A stretch of DNA of 64,000 nucleotides from the IMG/VR virus record IMGVR_UViG_3300033512_000504; one strand, given 5' to 3'. A model generated the notes under the pieces. The model saw only the letters and a list, made by a program, of their open reading frames with translations, was not told the DNA's origin and did no database searches. The translations under genes and the position numbers were made by a program. Below, one piece after another: positions 20,252-30,203 of the stretch (position 1 is the first letter of the stretch; every line of letters starts with the position of its first letter). The stretch comes from a virus.

Positions 20252-21276
20252 AATATACCATTTAGCAATGTTACAAAGTCTTTGGCACGAGCGTCGATAT
20301 GATGGTACTTTTGGAACGTTTCTTGTGCATTATTGCTGATTCTATCTAATTCGTCAGGGTGAGATACATAATGCTTTATCTTGTCCGCAAAATTTTTATC
20401 GTCAACAGCAATATAATTAAATCCATCTTCCATATGTAATTCTTTAGCACCCCAAGGCTTCTCTCCGACATAAGCAATTCCGCAGCCCATCGATTCAAAT
20501 ATTTTATTCATCGCTAAACTGTAACGTCCACCGCAACTAGCCAGCATTTTAGACCTATTAATAGCCTGTGCGTATTGATCTCTTACAAAATCATTATGAC
20601 TAAAATTAACGCCACAATGAGGATAGTTTTTGTACCGTATACCCATTGTTTGATAATTACTTTGTAAATAATTGTGCATTTTAACCCTTAATGGATAAAA
20701 ATGCCACATAGCTCCTACGGTAATTACGTCATGTTCTTTTTCAAGTTTATAATCTTTATAACAATCCTTATCTACACATCTTGGATAACCTACAAATTGT
20801 ATTTTACTCCTTATATTGGTATCAAAGAATGTAAAAAACTGTTTAGGATCAGAATAAGGTGGAGCAAAACAGCAAAAACAATATTCGAAAGAAGAATTGT
20901 TTAAATCTTTACTAAACTGCTCAGGTTTTCTAGCCCAAAAATCACTGAGAGCAAATATTTTCTTAACGCCAACAACATCTTGAAAATTTGTTGGAAAATA
21001 CCGTAACTTTTCAGGTATTTTATAATGACTCATATATACATCGCCGACTCGTTCATTAGGAGTAAAATAACTGTAAATAACATCTGGTTTATCTTCTCCA
21101 TAAAGCTTTTTGATTATATCTGGCAAATTAGTTGTATCGTAGCCTTCCCACCCCGGACCATACGTCTTAGTGTCGCAAGCTCGTTGAATAGCCATCATGT
21201 CGTATATCATATTGCCACTATGCCAACCGTCACGATTAACATTCAGCAGTAAAACTTTTATGTTACTAAAACCCAT
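20248..21276 (-). CDS. CgeB/Glyco_trans_1_2-like glycosyltransferase
   Basis: YAQAINRSK...KIFESMGCG. Confidence 0.75.
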   Translation of the reverse strand: MGFSNIKVLLLNVNRDGWHSGNMIYDMMAIQRACDTKTYGPGWEGYDTTNLPDIIKKLYGEDKPDVIYSYFTPNERVGDVYMSHYKIPEKLRYFPTNFQDVVGVKKIFALSDFWARKPEQFSKDLNNSSFEYCFCCFAPPYSDPKQFFTFFDTNIRSKIQFVGYPRCVDKDCYKDYKLEKEHDVITVGAMWHFYPLRVKMHNYLQSNYQTMGIRYKNYPHCGVNFSHNDFVRDQYAQAINRSKMLASCGGRYSLAMNKIFESMGCGIAYVGEKPWGAKELHMEDGFNYIAVDDKNFADKIKHYVSHPDELDRISNNAQETFQKYHHIDARAKDFVTLLNGIL

Positions 21277-21289
21277 TTTAAAACCTCGA

Positions 21290-22195
21290 TTATTGAATCA
21301 AATCAAACATTGTTTTGTAATCATCAATTCTTTTCTCCCATGTCCAATTAGAACTGATTTCTTTCTTTATATTATACCCAAAGTCCCGTCTAATTTCTCC
21401 ATTTCTAAAGGATAATAATAATGAAGCAAGGTAATCGGCATCACGTTTTATTATGAATCCATTTTCGCCATCTTTAATTATCTCTTCGGCAGCTCCGCTT
21501 TTTGTAGATAATAAAGGTAGTCCCATGGCTCCAGCTTCTAATAATCCATTATTCAAGCCTTCCGTTTCAGACATACAAACATATACATCCAATTCTTTAT
21601 AAAAGTTAGGCATATTTTCTTTTGATCTCTGAGCAACGCCGTACTGTTGTGTAACAAAATCAGCATCCGCCATCTTGCATGCCCTTTCAATTATTGCAAA
21701 ACCTTTATTCGGAGAATTTCTTCCCGCAGTTCCGACCCTTATTCGTCTATTGCTGTAATCTCGAATAACATCTTGACAGAATAGTTTCTCATCAACTCCA
21801 TGTCGTGCCAACAATAACGGTTTGTCATTAACAATATTTTCAAATACTTGAAATTGGTTCTTATTTACAACATGAAAAACGCTACATTTATCTTTTATTG
21901 AAACACAACGTCCCGGAAAACCATTTTCATATAAGCCAACAGCCCCATTTGGATGTTCTCGATATAAAAATTCACACCTTAGTCCCATAATGCATTTTTC
22001 TTTTGGTGGATATCCGTGGTTTAATGGTATGGGGTCCATCACATAAACAACATCATAATCTCTTGAAATTGCTGGAATAGCCATTTTTCTAAACGCTATA
22101 TCAATATGAAACTCTAGCAATCTATTTCGAATTTCAATAGCATGTCGTTCAAATATCCATCCCGGTTCATCTGCAACTACAAGTATTCTTTTCAT
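21290..22195 (-). CDS. GT4 glycosyltransferase
   Basis: NKG, SETEGLNNGLLEAGAMGLP. Confidence 0.85.
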   Translation of the reverse strand: MKRILVVADEPGWIFERHAIEIRNRLLEFHIDIAFRKMAIPAISRDYDVVYVMDPIPLNHGYPPKEKCIMGLRCEFLYREHPNGAVGLYENGFPGRCVSIKDKCSVFHVVNKNQFQVFENIVNDKPLLLARHGVDEKLFCQDVIRDYSNRRIRVGTAGRNSPNKGFAIIERACKMADADFVTQQYGVAQRSKENMPNFYKELDVYVCMSETEGLNNGLLEAGAMGLPLLSTKSGAAEEIIKDGENGFIIKRDADYLASLLLSFRNGEIRRDFGYNIKKEISSNWTWEKRIDDYKTMFDLIQ

Positions 22196-23025
22196 ATTAT
22201 TTTTTTATCCCTTAAAATCGTTGATAATAAATTCAAAGACGATTTAGCATCATCCTCGGTAAAAGATGCATTAAATGATTGCGAAGCAGGATGCCCACCG
22301 TACCAATGGAGAGCTACAGCATTATCAATTCGCTTTTCTATTTCTATGGTATAGTCATGATTATAATACAAGGCTGGAACATAACCTGAATCAAGAGCTG
22401 GATAAAACAACTCGCTACCTGTATTCAACATTTTATCGTCCCATTTTCTTGTTGCCAAAACACTACGTAGCATAAATGGACCTAAGCTATTGTAACTGTT
22501 TGCGGAATAATACTTTGGCAATATTGCATTAATCCATTGTACGATTTGTGAATTGCAATTAGCTCCAATAGCTCCAACAGGCGTATATAAACCACAAGAA
22601 GGGGCATTATACGCTGAATAGATAAAATCATAAGTAAGATCTATGCAATTAAATGACTTCAGAATTATTTGGTCTGTGTCAAGGTAAAATCCGCTATTTT
22701 TCTTTAACCACCACCATCTAAAAAAGTCAGATTGGAAGTTAGCCGCATATTGTTCAAAGCCATTGAATTCTTGAATTGTAATATTTAATGGTTTTAAATC
22801 ATCTAATGTCATTACTTGAGCGAATTCTTTACGTTGAAAATCCTGCTTTTCGCAACTCCAGTTAAATCCATCCTTGGCTGACTTTGAAGATATATACAAT
22901 TCGATTTCTGCATCAGGATGGAAATGCCTTAAACTCTTGAATGTTAAATATCTCAAGTAAGACATCTTTGTATCTGACCAAAACAAACCAAATTTCAAAT
23001 TAATCATAAGACAATCAACCTCCAA
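22192..23025 (-). CDS. GT32-like DxD glycosyltransferase
   Basis: SDFFRWW...GFYLDTD, GP.ML. Confidence 0.75.
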   Translation of the reverse strand: MEVDCLMINLKFGLFWSDTKMSYLRYLTFKSLRHFHPDAEIELYISSKSAKDGFNWSCEKQDFQRKEFAQVMTLDDLKPLNITIQEFNGFEQYAANFQSDFFRWWWLKKNSGFYLDTDQIILKSFNCIDLTYDFIYSAYNAPSCGLYTPVGAIGANCNSQIVQWINAILPKYYSANSYNSLGPFMLRSVLATRKWDDKMLNTGSELFYPALDSGYVPALYYNHDYTIEIEKRIDNAVALHWYGGHPASQSFNASFTEDDAKSSLNLLSTILRDKKII

Positions 23026-23707
23026 TATCTCTTCTGACCGCTTCCCATATTTTTATATTGTTCTTAGCTCCATTACTTGTTAGGTTCCATTTTTGATCAT
23101 GATAAACGTGATACAATAATCTTTTTTCAATATAATTATAACAATTCTTCTTTATGAGTTTTCTATAACATGTGTCCCATTCAGTTTCCCCAATTATCAA
23201 ATTGTCTGGAAATTTATTTCTATTCTCTTTCCACCATTCTCGCTTAAAGAAGAATCCATCAGCTCCAGCATGCGTATCTCCTCCATATATAACACGAAAA
23301 TCATTATTCAAAAAACGATCCGAATTTACATCTACAATATCGTATCTGGAAAAAATAAATGCATCAAAATCAGCTTTCACACAATTGTAAAAATCATCTT
23401 TTAAAAGTATGTCTGAGTTTACATATCCTATTTTGTCACACTCTATTGTCGCCGCTAAATCCATTATTTCATAAATATATGGTAACTCTCTGTCATTACC
23501 AATTTCAGTCATTGCATTTCGACGCAACATATTAAATGTATAAAACCCTAATTGCTCTGGATATCTTGACCCGTTTTCAAATCCAAAACAAACAGGAAAC
23601 ACCCAAGAAGGAGCCTTTTTAAGAACACTTAAAGCAACATCTTGACGAGATTTTTTCGCTTTGTCTTTGAATTCTACATAATTAAAAGCTATAACTACTG
23701 ATTTCAT
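23015..23707 (-). CDS. GT-like hypothetical protein
   Basis: GYVNSDILL, AGADGFFF, GETEWD. Confidence 0.5.
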   Translation of the reverse strand: MKSVVIAFNYVEFKDKAKKSRQDVALSVLKKAPSWVFPVCFGFENGSRYPEQLGFYTFNMLRRNAMTEIGNDRELPYIYEIMDLAATIECDKIGYVNSDILLKDDFYNCVKADFDAFIFSRYDIVDVNSDRFLNNDFRVIYGGDTHAGADGFFFKREWWKENRNKFPDNLIIGETEWDTCYRKLIKKNCYNYIEKRLLYHVYHDQKWNLTSNGAKNNIKIWEAVRRDIGG

Positions 23708-24588
23708 TTGTATATCGGATATTTTTCTTCAAAAAACAATCGCCCTCTTGTCTCCCAACATGACCAACAATTTCGACATGTAAGATCAAACTTTTTAAAT
23801 TTCTCAATTCTTTTCATTTTATTTTCATATAACGCTTCTATACCGTCAATCAACGAGCCTATTGGCCAAATACCAAATGGACAATGACAAACTGTGCCAT
23901 CTTCTAATACTGTAAAAGAAGTATTGCGAGTATTGGAACTTTCACAATATGCCATAAACGTGCTATTCATATATCCAATATAATTATCAAAAGCCCTTCC
24001 CACCGAAGCAATCGACCCTTCTTCGTCATCAGGATCTGGAGTAGTCAAACCAAAATCGTCATTGATTTTATTTTCCTGCAAGAACTCAAAAGCCGCATCG
24101 CCAACTCCTTTCGGATGAAATTTGTCTCGACTAACGCCAACATGCATTTCGGCTTTAGTTTCATTTAAAAATTTTAGAAATCTGGTTTTTGCCTTTTCGT
24201 TATTAATCCACCATCCATTTGTAACAAGCCTTACATGCCTCAACGATAAAACATTAATTAATTTTTCATAATCAGGATGCAATGTAGGCTCACCCCCCAT
24301 TACATTAAACCAATAACATATGCTATCATTATCTTTAAAAACATCTGCTAATGAAACCATCGTCTCTAAAGACATGAAATTTGTCCCCTTTGGAGAGCAC
24401 GAAAAGCAACAATGATCACACTTATTATTGCAAAAATCTGTAATTCTTACAACAATGCTTCTATTCTCTTTGCGTTTATCAAATATATCAGAAAGCTTTC
24501 CGCCTTCGCTACCTTCTCGTTTTGATTCTTTTTCAGAACTTATGCTTTCGATTTCTTCAACAGGTTTGATATTATTGACTTTTTGCAT
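23704..24588 (-). CDS. radical SAM protein
   Basis: CNNKCDHC (CxxxCxxC), GGEPTLH, LVTNG, and C-terminal Cys residues. Confidence 0.9.
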   Translation of the reverse strand: MQKVNNIKPVEEIESISSEKESKREGSEGGKLSDIFDKRKENRSIVVRITDFCNNKCDHCCFSCSPKGTNFMSLETMVSLADVFKDNDSICYWFNVMGGEPTLHPDYEKLINVLSLRHVRLVTNGWWINNEKAKTRFLKFLNETKAEMHVGVSRDKFHPKGVGDAAFEFLQENKINDDFGLTTPDPDDEEGSIASVGRAFDNYIGYMNSTFMAYCESSNTRNTSFTVLEDGTVCHCPFGIWPIGSLIDGIEALYENKMKRIEKFKKFDLTCRNCWSCWETRGRLFFEEKYPIYK

Positions 24589-24599
24589 AATTAAAAATC

Positions 24600-25175
24600 T
24601 TACATGAATTTATACGCCAAGCCCTCTCTAATTAGTTTTATAACGTCTATAGCGTCATCAATCGCATTATGGGCGACCTCTTCTGGCAATCCAGCCCTCT
24701 TTTTACAATCCTCTAAAGATGGAAGTTTTTCGTCACCATTTTCAATAAACAACATGGCAGGATCAATAATACGATGACGTATCTTTACATGTTTATTCAA
24801 ATCGGTATAACGGTTTAGAAACTGGAGATCAAATGCAGCGAAATTTTTCCCCGCAACGTTAATTGTAACTTTGTCATTTTGCATCTCGTAATTATTATTA
24901 ATTAAAAACTTTTTGAAAGAATATCCCAATTTCAAAGGAGAGATATAAGTGTAACCCTCTTCTCTGGCGGCAATTCTGTCAAAAATCTTACTATGCATAG
25001 CCATAGCAAAAGGTTCTCCCTTGTATATTGTCTGAACGAAATAACAATGAAATCTGGGTAAACTCTTAAGAGCCTGTTTGTTTTTAAGATCGTCTAAAAC
25101 TGCTCCGAATTCCAATATTTCGCAATTGTCTATATCAAGTCCTGTTGTTTCCAAATCGATAGAAATGTAACGCAT
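24600..25175 (-). CDS. DEDDh (DnaQ-like) 3'-5' exonuclease
   Basis: SIDLETTG, AGKNFAAFD, AHNAIDDA. Confidence 0.85.
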   Translation of the reverse strand: MRYISIDLETTGLDIDNCEILEFGAVLDDLKNKQALKSLPRFHCYFVQTIYKGEPFAMAMHSKIFDRIAAREEGYTYISPLKLGYSFKKFLINNNYEMQNDKVTINVAGKNFAAFDLQFLNRYTDLNKHVKIRHRIIDPAMLFIENGDEKLPSLEDCKKRAGLPEEVAHNAIDDAIDVIKLIREGLAYKFM

Positions 25176-25510
25176 TATTGTGCTCCTTCCATTTTATTTG
25201 TTAACCAATGCCTCCAACTTATCCACCCATTACCTCTATATGTTTTATACGGATTTGACGGTATATAACTTGGACTCTTCCCGCTACGGCAATAATCAAA
25301 CCATTCTCTCTGCCTTGAAATATTTAACCCAAGAACAAATTGATGTGCTTTTTCGAATTCCAAAAAACAATTTCTAATATCAAATGTGGAGTCTACTATA
25401 TCCCCGAATTTATCGAATATTGTTTTTTTTCGTCTTAAATGCAATTGATCTTCATCATAATTATACATAAAATCTCGCAAACGCCTCGAATCATTAGGAC
25501 ATAAAGAAAT
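25175..25510 (-). pseudogene. 5'-truncated remnant: LAGLIDADG-like C-terminus plus integrase-repeat-like unit
   Basis: The frame reads ..SLCPNDSRRLRDFMY..LHLRRKK then FEKAHQFV..REWFDYCRSG..P..IPSNP..Y..GW.SW.HWL. It abuts the tnpB start directly. Confidence 0.45.
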
Positions 25511-26668
25511 ATGAAACTTATAAATACAGCAAAACTTATTATAGATTGTTCTCCTAATGAGTTCCAATCTACGATTAAGCATTATACAGATGCCTATAAT
25601 TTTGTTTGTAATATAGGTTTTAAATCTGCTAAAGATATTTGTACCAATGGAGTAACTCTTCACCACAAGGTTTACGAAGAATGTAGAAAATCTCTTCCTG
25701 CTCAACTTGCTATCTCTGCTAGGATGAAAGCAACTGAATCTCTTAAATCTGTTCAAGAAATAATCAAGAAAGGAAAGAAAGCAACTTGTCCACAATCTAA
25801 ATCCACTGCAATTAGGTATGACAAAAATTCCTACACTATTTGGTTGAATAAAAAGATTGTTTCCATTTCCACTTGTGAAGGTAGAAAAAAATTCAATCTT
25901 ATTATCCCTGAATACTTTGAAAAACACCTGACTTGGAAATATACTTCTGCTGATTTGTTTGTTAGAGATGAAAAAGTATTTATTCACGTTGTTTTTGAAA
26001 AAGAAGTTTCTGATGTTGAATCTAATAATACTTTTGTAGGTATTGATAGAGGCATTAATCAGCTTGCAGTAACTTCTCAAAACAAATTTTATGATGGAAG
26101 AAAAATAAAAACAATTTCTCAAAGATATGGGAAAACCAGAAGCGAACTTCAATCGAAGGGGCATAGCGGCAAAAGGCACCTTAAGAAAATTAAATCTAAG
26201 GAACAACGGTTTCGTCGTGATGTTAACCATACAATCACTAAGAAGATTGTAAATTCGATTGATTCTGGAAGCACAATCGTTCTTGAAAACCTTAAGGGGA
26301 TTCGGAACGCAAAAGCAAGAAAAGAGCAAAGAAAAGAATTGAACAAATGGAATTTCTTCCAATTTGAACAGTTCTTGACTTACAAAGCAATGGCAAAAGG
26401 AATTAGGATTGAACATGTTTCTGCTAAATACACATCTCAAAAATGCAGTAGATGTGGAGAAATCAGAAAGTCCAATAGGAAATTCCAAAGCTTGTATGTT
26501 TGTAATGTTTGTCATAATTCTCTTAACGCTGATTTAAATGCTTCCCGAAATATAGTTCAAAATTACTTGGATAGTATAACTTACCCAAGTCGTGGTTCAG
26601 TCAATAACCATTATGCTCCTAGTACTCTTTTAGAGGTGGTTGAGCAAGCCCCTACGCCTTTAGGCTAG
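25511..26668 (+). CDS. tnpB: TnpB RNA-guided endonuclease (IS200/IS605 family), copy 1
   Basis: RuvC GIDRG, VLENL, NADLNAS; Zn finger CSRC/CNVC. Confidence 0.9.
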   Translation: MKLINTAKLIIDCSPNEFQSTIKHYTDAYNFVCNIGFKSAKDICTNGVTLHHKVYEECRKSLPAQLAISARMKATESLKSVQEIIKKGKKATCPQSKSTAIRYDKNSYTIWLNKKIVSISTCEGRKKFNLIIPEYFEKHLTWKYTSADLFVRDEKVFIHVVFEKEVSDVESNNTFVGIDRGINQLAVTSQNKFYDGRKIKTISQRYGKTRSELQSKGHSGKRHLKKIKSKEQRFRRDVNHTITKKIVNSIDSGSTIVLENLKGIRNAKARKEQRKELNKWNFFQFEQFLTYKAMAKGIRIEHVSAKYTSQKCSRCGEIRKSNRKFQSLYVCNVCHNSLNADLNASRNIVQNYLDSITYPSRGSVNNHYAPSTLLEVVEQAPTPLG

Positions 26669-26679
26669 GGGTAGTTGAC
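26645..26679 (+). mobile_element. IS200/IS605 right-end hairpin of tnpB copy 1
   Basis: CAAGCCCCTACGCCTTTAGGCTAGGGGTAGTTGAC; 26 nt identical to 55784-55809. Confidence 0.8.
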
Positions 26680-26742
26680 TAAGTCAACGAAAGAAGATTT
26701 AAGGTGTTCGTCACAGAAACCTGAAGAAAACAGAAATAGTAA

Positions 26743-27939
26743 TATTTTGTAAGTTTTTCGTATCAGGCACTAACTCTATCAAATACAAGAATAGATTATT
26801 GCACGTTTTTAACTCGTGATAATGCTATTGCGTATGTTGGTACTATGGTATATCCAATAACATATACAACATCCGTAATGAAAAGTGTTACTCAAATAAT
26901 ACCTACAAGTGGAACTATAAGGTTGGATAATTGCCTTATTACTTCAAATACAAGTAATACTTTTTTGTATACTAGTGCTGGTAACAATTTTGAGATTACA
27001 AACTGCTATATTTTAGGCGTTGGATATGCGATAAGATTCTCTTCATCTGCTAATTATGCATTATTGACTGGAACGGTTGCTAAATATTGCTCATCTCTTT
27101 ATTATTTTGAGGCTTCCTATGGTAACAAGACTGATGGAGGAACTGCTTCTTATTGTGCTTATGGTGTTTATATGTCAGGGCAGGTTAGAGGAACGTGGGT
27201 AAAGAATCTTACAACCAATAATAGCACTCAATATGGTGTTCTAATGTCTGACACAACAATTCATCAAATATTTGTTGAAAAATGGAATTCTACTAATGAT
27301 AGATATGGATTTGCTGTTCTTCAACAATACGTCCATACATATCGGCTTACTAATTGTAATTTTACTACTCCAACAAACTACGCAGCTTATATTGCCAGCA
27401 ATTATGATACTTTATATATGTTTAATTGCACAATAGATGGTGCAAGTTCTGCTAAATTTATTTATAACCCTCAAACATCTTATGGTCTTATTCCTCAATA
27501 TGTTTTAGATGGATGTTCAGGTTCAACTCATTTTCCAGATGGTCAATATTGGTCTTATTGGAATGTAGTAAAGAGTAATGCAGAATATAGAACTCAACCA
27601 CCTTCTTTACAATGGACTAATAATACAACAATTACAAGAAGTCAATATCCAACTAAATTGTGGTCTACTTATGCTGAATCCGGAAAGGCATATACAATTA
27701 CATATTATCTTAAAGCTGGAACAGGATGGTCTGGAACAATAGAACCGATAATTATGCTTGGTGGAACAGTAATTAAATCTGAGACAGTTATAACATCATT
27801 GACAACAGATTGGGTTCAATATACAGCATCAGTATCAGCAGAACAGGTAACATATGATGGCGATTTGGATATCGGATTTATCTGTTTATGTAATACTGTT
27901 AATTTTTGGTTTGATGATTTTACAGTGGTTGAAAGTTAA
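26743..27939 (+). CDS. beta-helix (pectin-lyase-like) plus C-terminal CBM-like protein, probably 5'-truncated
   Basis: N/T/Y/G-rich beta-helix-like repeats and C-terminal W.QY...FWFDDF. The frame is open from 26743 with no start codon or SD before ATG 26845. Confidence 0.55.
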   Translation, partial: YFVSFSYQALTLSNTRIDYCTFLTRDNAIAYVGTMVYPITYTTSVMKSVTQIIPTSGTIRLDNCLITSNTSNTFLYTSAGNNFEITNCYILGVGYAIRFSSSANYALLTGTVAKYCSSLYYFEASYGNKTDGGTASYCAYGVYMSGQVRGTWVKNLTTNNSTQYGVLMSDTTIHQIFVEKWNSTNDRYGFAVLQQYVHTYRLTNCNFTTPTNYAAYIASNYDTLYMFNCTIDGASSAKFIYNPQTSYGLIPQYVLDGCSGSTHFPDGQYWSYWNVVKSNAEYRTQPPSLQWTNNTTITRSQYPTKLWSTYAESGKAYTITYYLKAGTGWSGTIEPIIMLGGTVIKSETVITSLTTDWVQYTASVSAEQVTYDGDLDIGFICLCNTVNFWFDDFTVVES

Positions 27940-27947
27940 GGAGTAAT

Positions 27948-28097
27948 ATGATAAGAACAAATTATGGTTATGTTGAGCATAGGAATACAAATAAAAAGTG
28001 GAGAGTAACATTGGATAAGTTAAGATATTTTAAACCAAAGGCAACAATGGTATATCCAGTATTACGTTCGCCAACATTAAGAGTATATATAAGTTAA
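27948..28097 (+). CDS. small hypothetical protein (49 aa)
   Basis: Below the track cutoff; SD AGGAG, flanked by coupled genes. Confidence 0.55.
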   Translation: MIRTNYGYVEHRNTNKKWRVTLDKLRYFKPKATMVYPVLRSPTLRVYIS

Positions 28098-28108
28098 GGA
28101 GAATAATT

Positions 28109-28675
28109 ATGAGTTTTACGGCAATACCGTTAGAGAATGAAGTGGTTCTGCCAGCTATACCAGAGAAGGTTTTTAGTGCAAAGTGGTTAAGTCATATACG
28201 AATAAACAGTGATGTAGAGACAAGGAGTAAGATTGTTATACATTCTATACCGTATAATGGTTCTGAAACATTACCAGAGCCGATAGAAATAACTGTCATT
28301 GAAGATATTTTTTCTGATATGCAAGATGAGCGTCAGCCTGTTGAACTAAGACAATTAAAAGCTCAAGTTATGGAAGGAATATTTCAGTTATATAACGCAG
28401 AGACGCAATATAGAAAAGAACTTATAAGACTTGAAGCTGAAAGAATTGAGAATGAAAGATTAGCTCAAATAGAAGCTCAAAGAATAGCTGATGAATTAGA
28501 GGCTCAAAGAATAGCTGATGAAGAAGCTAGAATAGAAGCTGAAAGAATATTGGCAGCAGAACTTGCAATCATTGAAGCCCAAAGAGTTGAAATTGAAAGA
28601 ATTAGAATGGAAGAAGAAAGATTGGCTCATGAATTAGCAAATCCTGTAAACCCTGTTAATCCAATAGAAGGATAA
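28109..28675 (+). CDS. hypothetical protein with EAQRIA coiled-coil repeats
   Basis: SD AGGAG; repeated EAQRIADE. Confidence 0.65.
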   Translation: MSFTAIPLENEVVLPAIPEKVFSAKWLSHIRINSDVETRSKIVIHSIPYNGSETLPEPIEITVIEDIFSDMQDERQPVELRQLKAQVMEGIFQLYNAETQYRKELIRLEAERIENERLAQIEAQRIADELEAQRIADEEARIEAERILAAELAIIEAQRVEIERIRMEEERLAHELANPVNPVNPIEG

Positions 28676-28790
28676 TATGCCAATAGAATCTTTGAATTTA
28701 AAATATATATCTTGATTTTTAATATTTAACTGATATAATGATTTTGAAAATTAAAGAGGATTTAATTTAAAAATTTGGTATAATATAATT

Positions 28791-28877
28791 ATGAAAACGT
28801 ATTTAGACAACCTTAGTTCGCTATCAAGTAGCAGTTATTGCTCCTTGATCCGCAGGGGTTTGTCTTGCGATTTCTAG
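28791..28877 (+). CDS. putative attenuator leader peptide, Ser/Cys-rich (MKTYLDNLSSLSSSSYCSLIRRGLSCDF)
   Basis: 8 Ser and 2 Cys codons in 28; precedes a terminator and tRNA-Cys/Ser genes. Confidence 0.65.
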   Translation: MKTYLDNLSSLSSSSYCSLIRRGLSCDF

Positions 28878-28898
28878 ATTGAAATTGCAAATTGATTT

Positions 28899-28932
28899 AA
28901 AAACCCCGTTCGGAAACGAAACGGGGTTTTTT
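28899..28932 (+). terminator. intrinsic terminator (attenuator 1)
   Basis: AAAAACCCCGTTCG-GAAA-CGAAACGGGGTTTTTT. Confidence 0.85.
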
Positions 28933-28975
28933 GTTTTTAGGGAGAAATTGATTATCAGAGAATAAAAATTAGATA

Positions 28976-29050
28976 GCACCGATGGTTGAGTGGTTAGACG
29001 GCAGACTGCAAATCTGTCCTACGGGGGTTCAATTCCCTCTCGGTGCTCCA
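28976..29050 (+). tRNA. tRNA-Cys(GCA)
   Basis: GCACCGA/TCGGTGC acceptor, U73, CCA; anticodon arm GCAGA-CTGCAAA-TCTGT. Confidence 0.95.
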
Positions 29051-29068
29051 TATTTAAGGAGATTGATT

Positions 29069-29257
29069 ATGATAGTTTTAGAAAAAAAGATTGACAAAGT
29101 TTGGGATTATGATTACTATATCGCTCAAGCTACTAAAACCCATATCAATGTAACGGGCAAAACAAAATTGCAAGCATTAAATAATTTGAAACAAGCGATT
29201 AGAAAAAGAATAAAAAGAGGAGATATATACTCTCTTGTTGAATACTTATTGAAATAA
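29069..29257 (+). CDS. small HicB-like protein
   Basis: SD AGGAG; Y.A....TGKT..QAL.NL..AI pattern. Confidence 0.45.
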   Translation: MIVLEKKIDKVWDYDYYIAQATKTHINVTGKTKLQALNNLKQAIRKRIKRGDIYSLVEYLLK

Positions 29258-29305
29258 CAGGAGGGTGTAACGGCCCCGTAGGTTCGAATCCTACTCGCTC
29301 CGCCA
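29219..29305 (+). pseudogene. decayed tRNA-Ser(TGA)
   Basis: Intact 3' half (variable arm, GGTTCGAATCC, CTCCGCCA); mismatched acceptor and anticodon stems; overlapped by the upstream ORF. Confidence 0.55.
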
Positions 29306-29327
29306 TTTTTATTTGTATAATTATTAA

Positions 29328-30202
29328 ATGACAAATATAAACCTAAAGAGTCCATTTAGATATCCCGGCGGAAAGCTAAAATTGCGAAATCAATTGTATC
29401 TTCGATAAAAGAAGAAATTGGTTTCGATTCTATTTTTTCAAAAAGCAGCATGAATACATTTGTTGATGTTTTTGTCGGTGGCGGTTCAGTTGCGGTAGCG
29501 GTAGCCAACGAATACCCTTTAGTAAAATTTGTTTTAAATGATTTAGATGATTGGATTTTTTCTTTTTGGAACAGTATGACCGATAAACAGGAATGTAATC
29601 GACTTTTGTCATATATTGATCAGTACAAAAACCCCATAATAGACGATTTCAATGCGTTACGTAAATCTTCAGAAAGAAAAGGATTAACTTGTGGATATAA
29701 AGGATTCATAGGTTTATTTTTTAACAGGACGACATTTTCAGGTATTTTTAAATCAGGAGCGATTGGGGGAGCGGATCAATCTGGAACATATAAAATTGAT
29801 TGTCGTTATAATTCTGCAAAATTAAAGGATTATATTGTTGCAATAAATAATAATTTTTCAAATAGAACAGTAAATGTTACCAATAAAGATTTCAGAGAGA
29901 TTATAACAGCCTACAAAGATCAAGAAGACGCTTTGCTGTATCTTGATCCGCCATATATGAGACAAGGCAATACATTATACAACCAGTTTATGATTGAAAA
30001 AGATTATGACGATATGGCAAACATGTTGAAAGAGTGTAAATGTAAATGGGTATTGAGTCATGATGATTATAAACCGTTTGTTAAGTTGTTTGATGGATGG
30101 ACAAATATAAAATCAATAGAAGGTGTTGCGTATACGATTAATTCAATTGAGGGGAAGAAAAAAACCGAATTGATAGTTACGCCAATTAAGCAGATTAAAT
30201 AA
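29328..30202 (+). pseudogene. dam: Dam-family DNA adenine methyltransferase with a 1-nt frameshift after RYPGGK
   Basis: ATG 29328 gives KSPFRYPGGK, then a frame change near 29376 leads into the ORF with FVGGGSV and YLDPPY. Confidence 0.8.
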
Positions 30203-30203
30203 A

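Noticed and set aside
25175-26515. 446 aa minus-strand ORF
   Set aside because: Mostly the antisense shadow of tnpB; only the last ~110 codons look like a real gene remnant.
25511-26668. TnpB proteins as Cas12f/Cas14 effectors
   Set aside because: No adjacent array or cas genes; IS200/IS605 end hairpins are present.
28982-29257. ORFs starting inside tRNA genes (28982, 63286) and many short antisense ORFs in the track
   Set aside because: Their starts lie within tRNAs or opposite well-supported genes; the SD-supported starts are 29069 and 63343.
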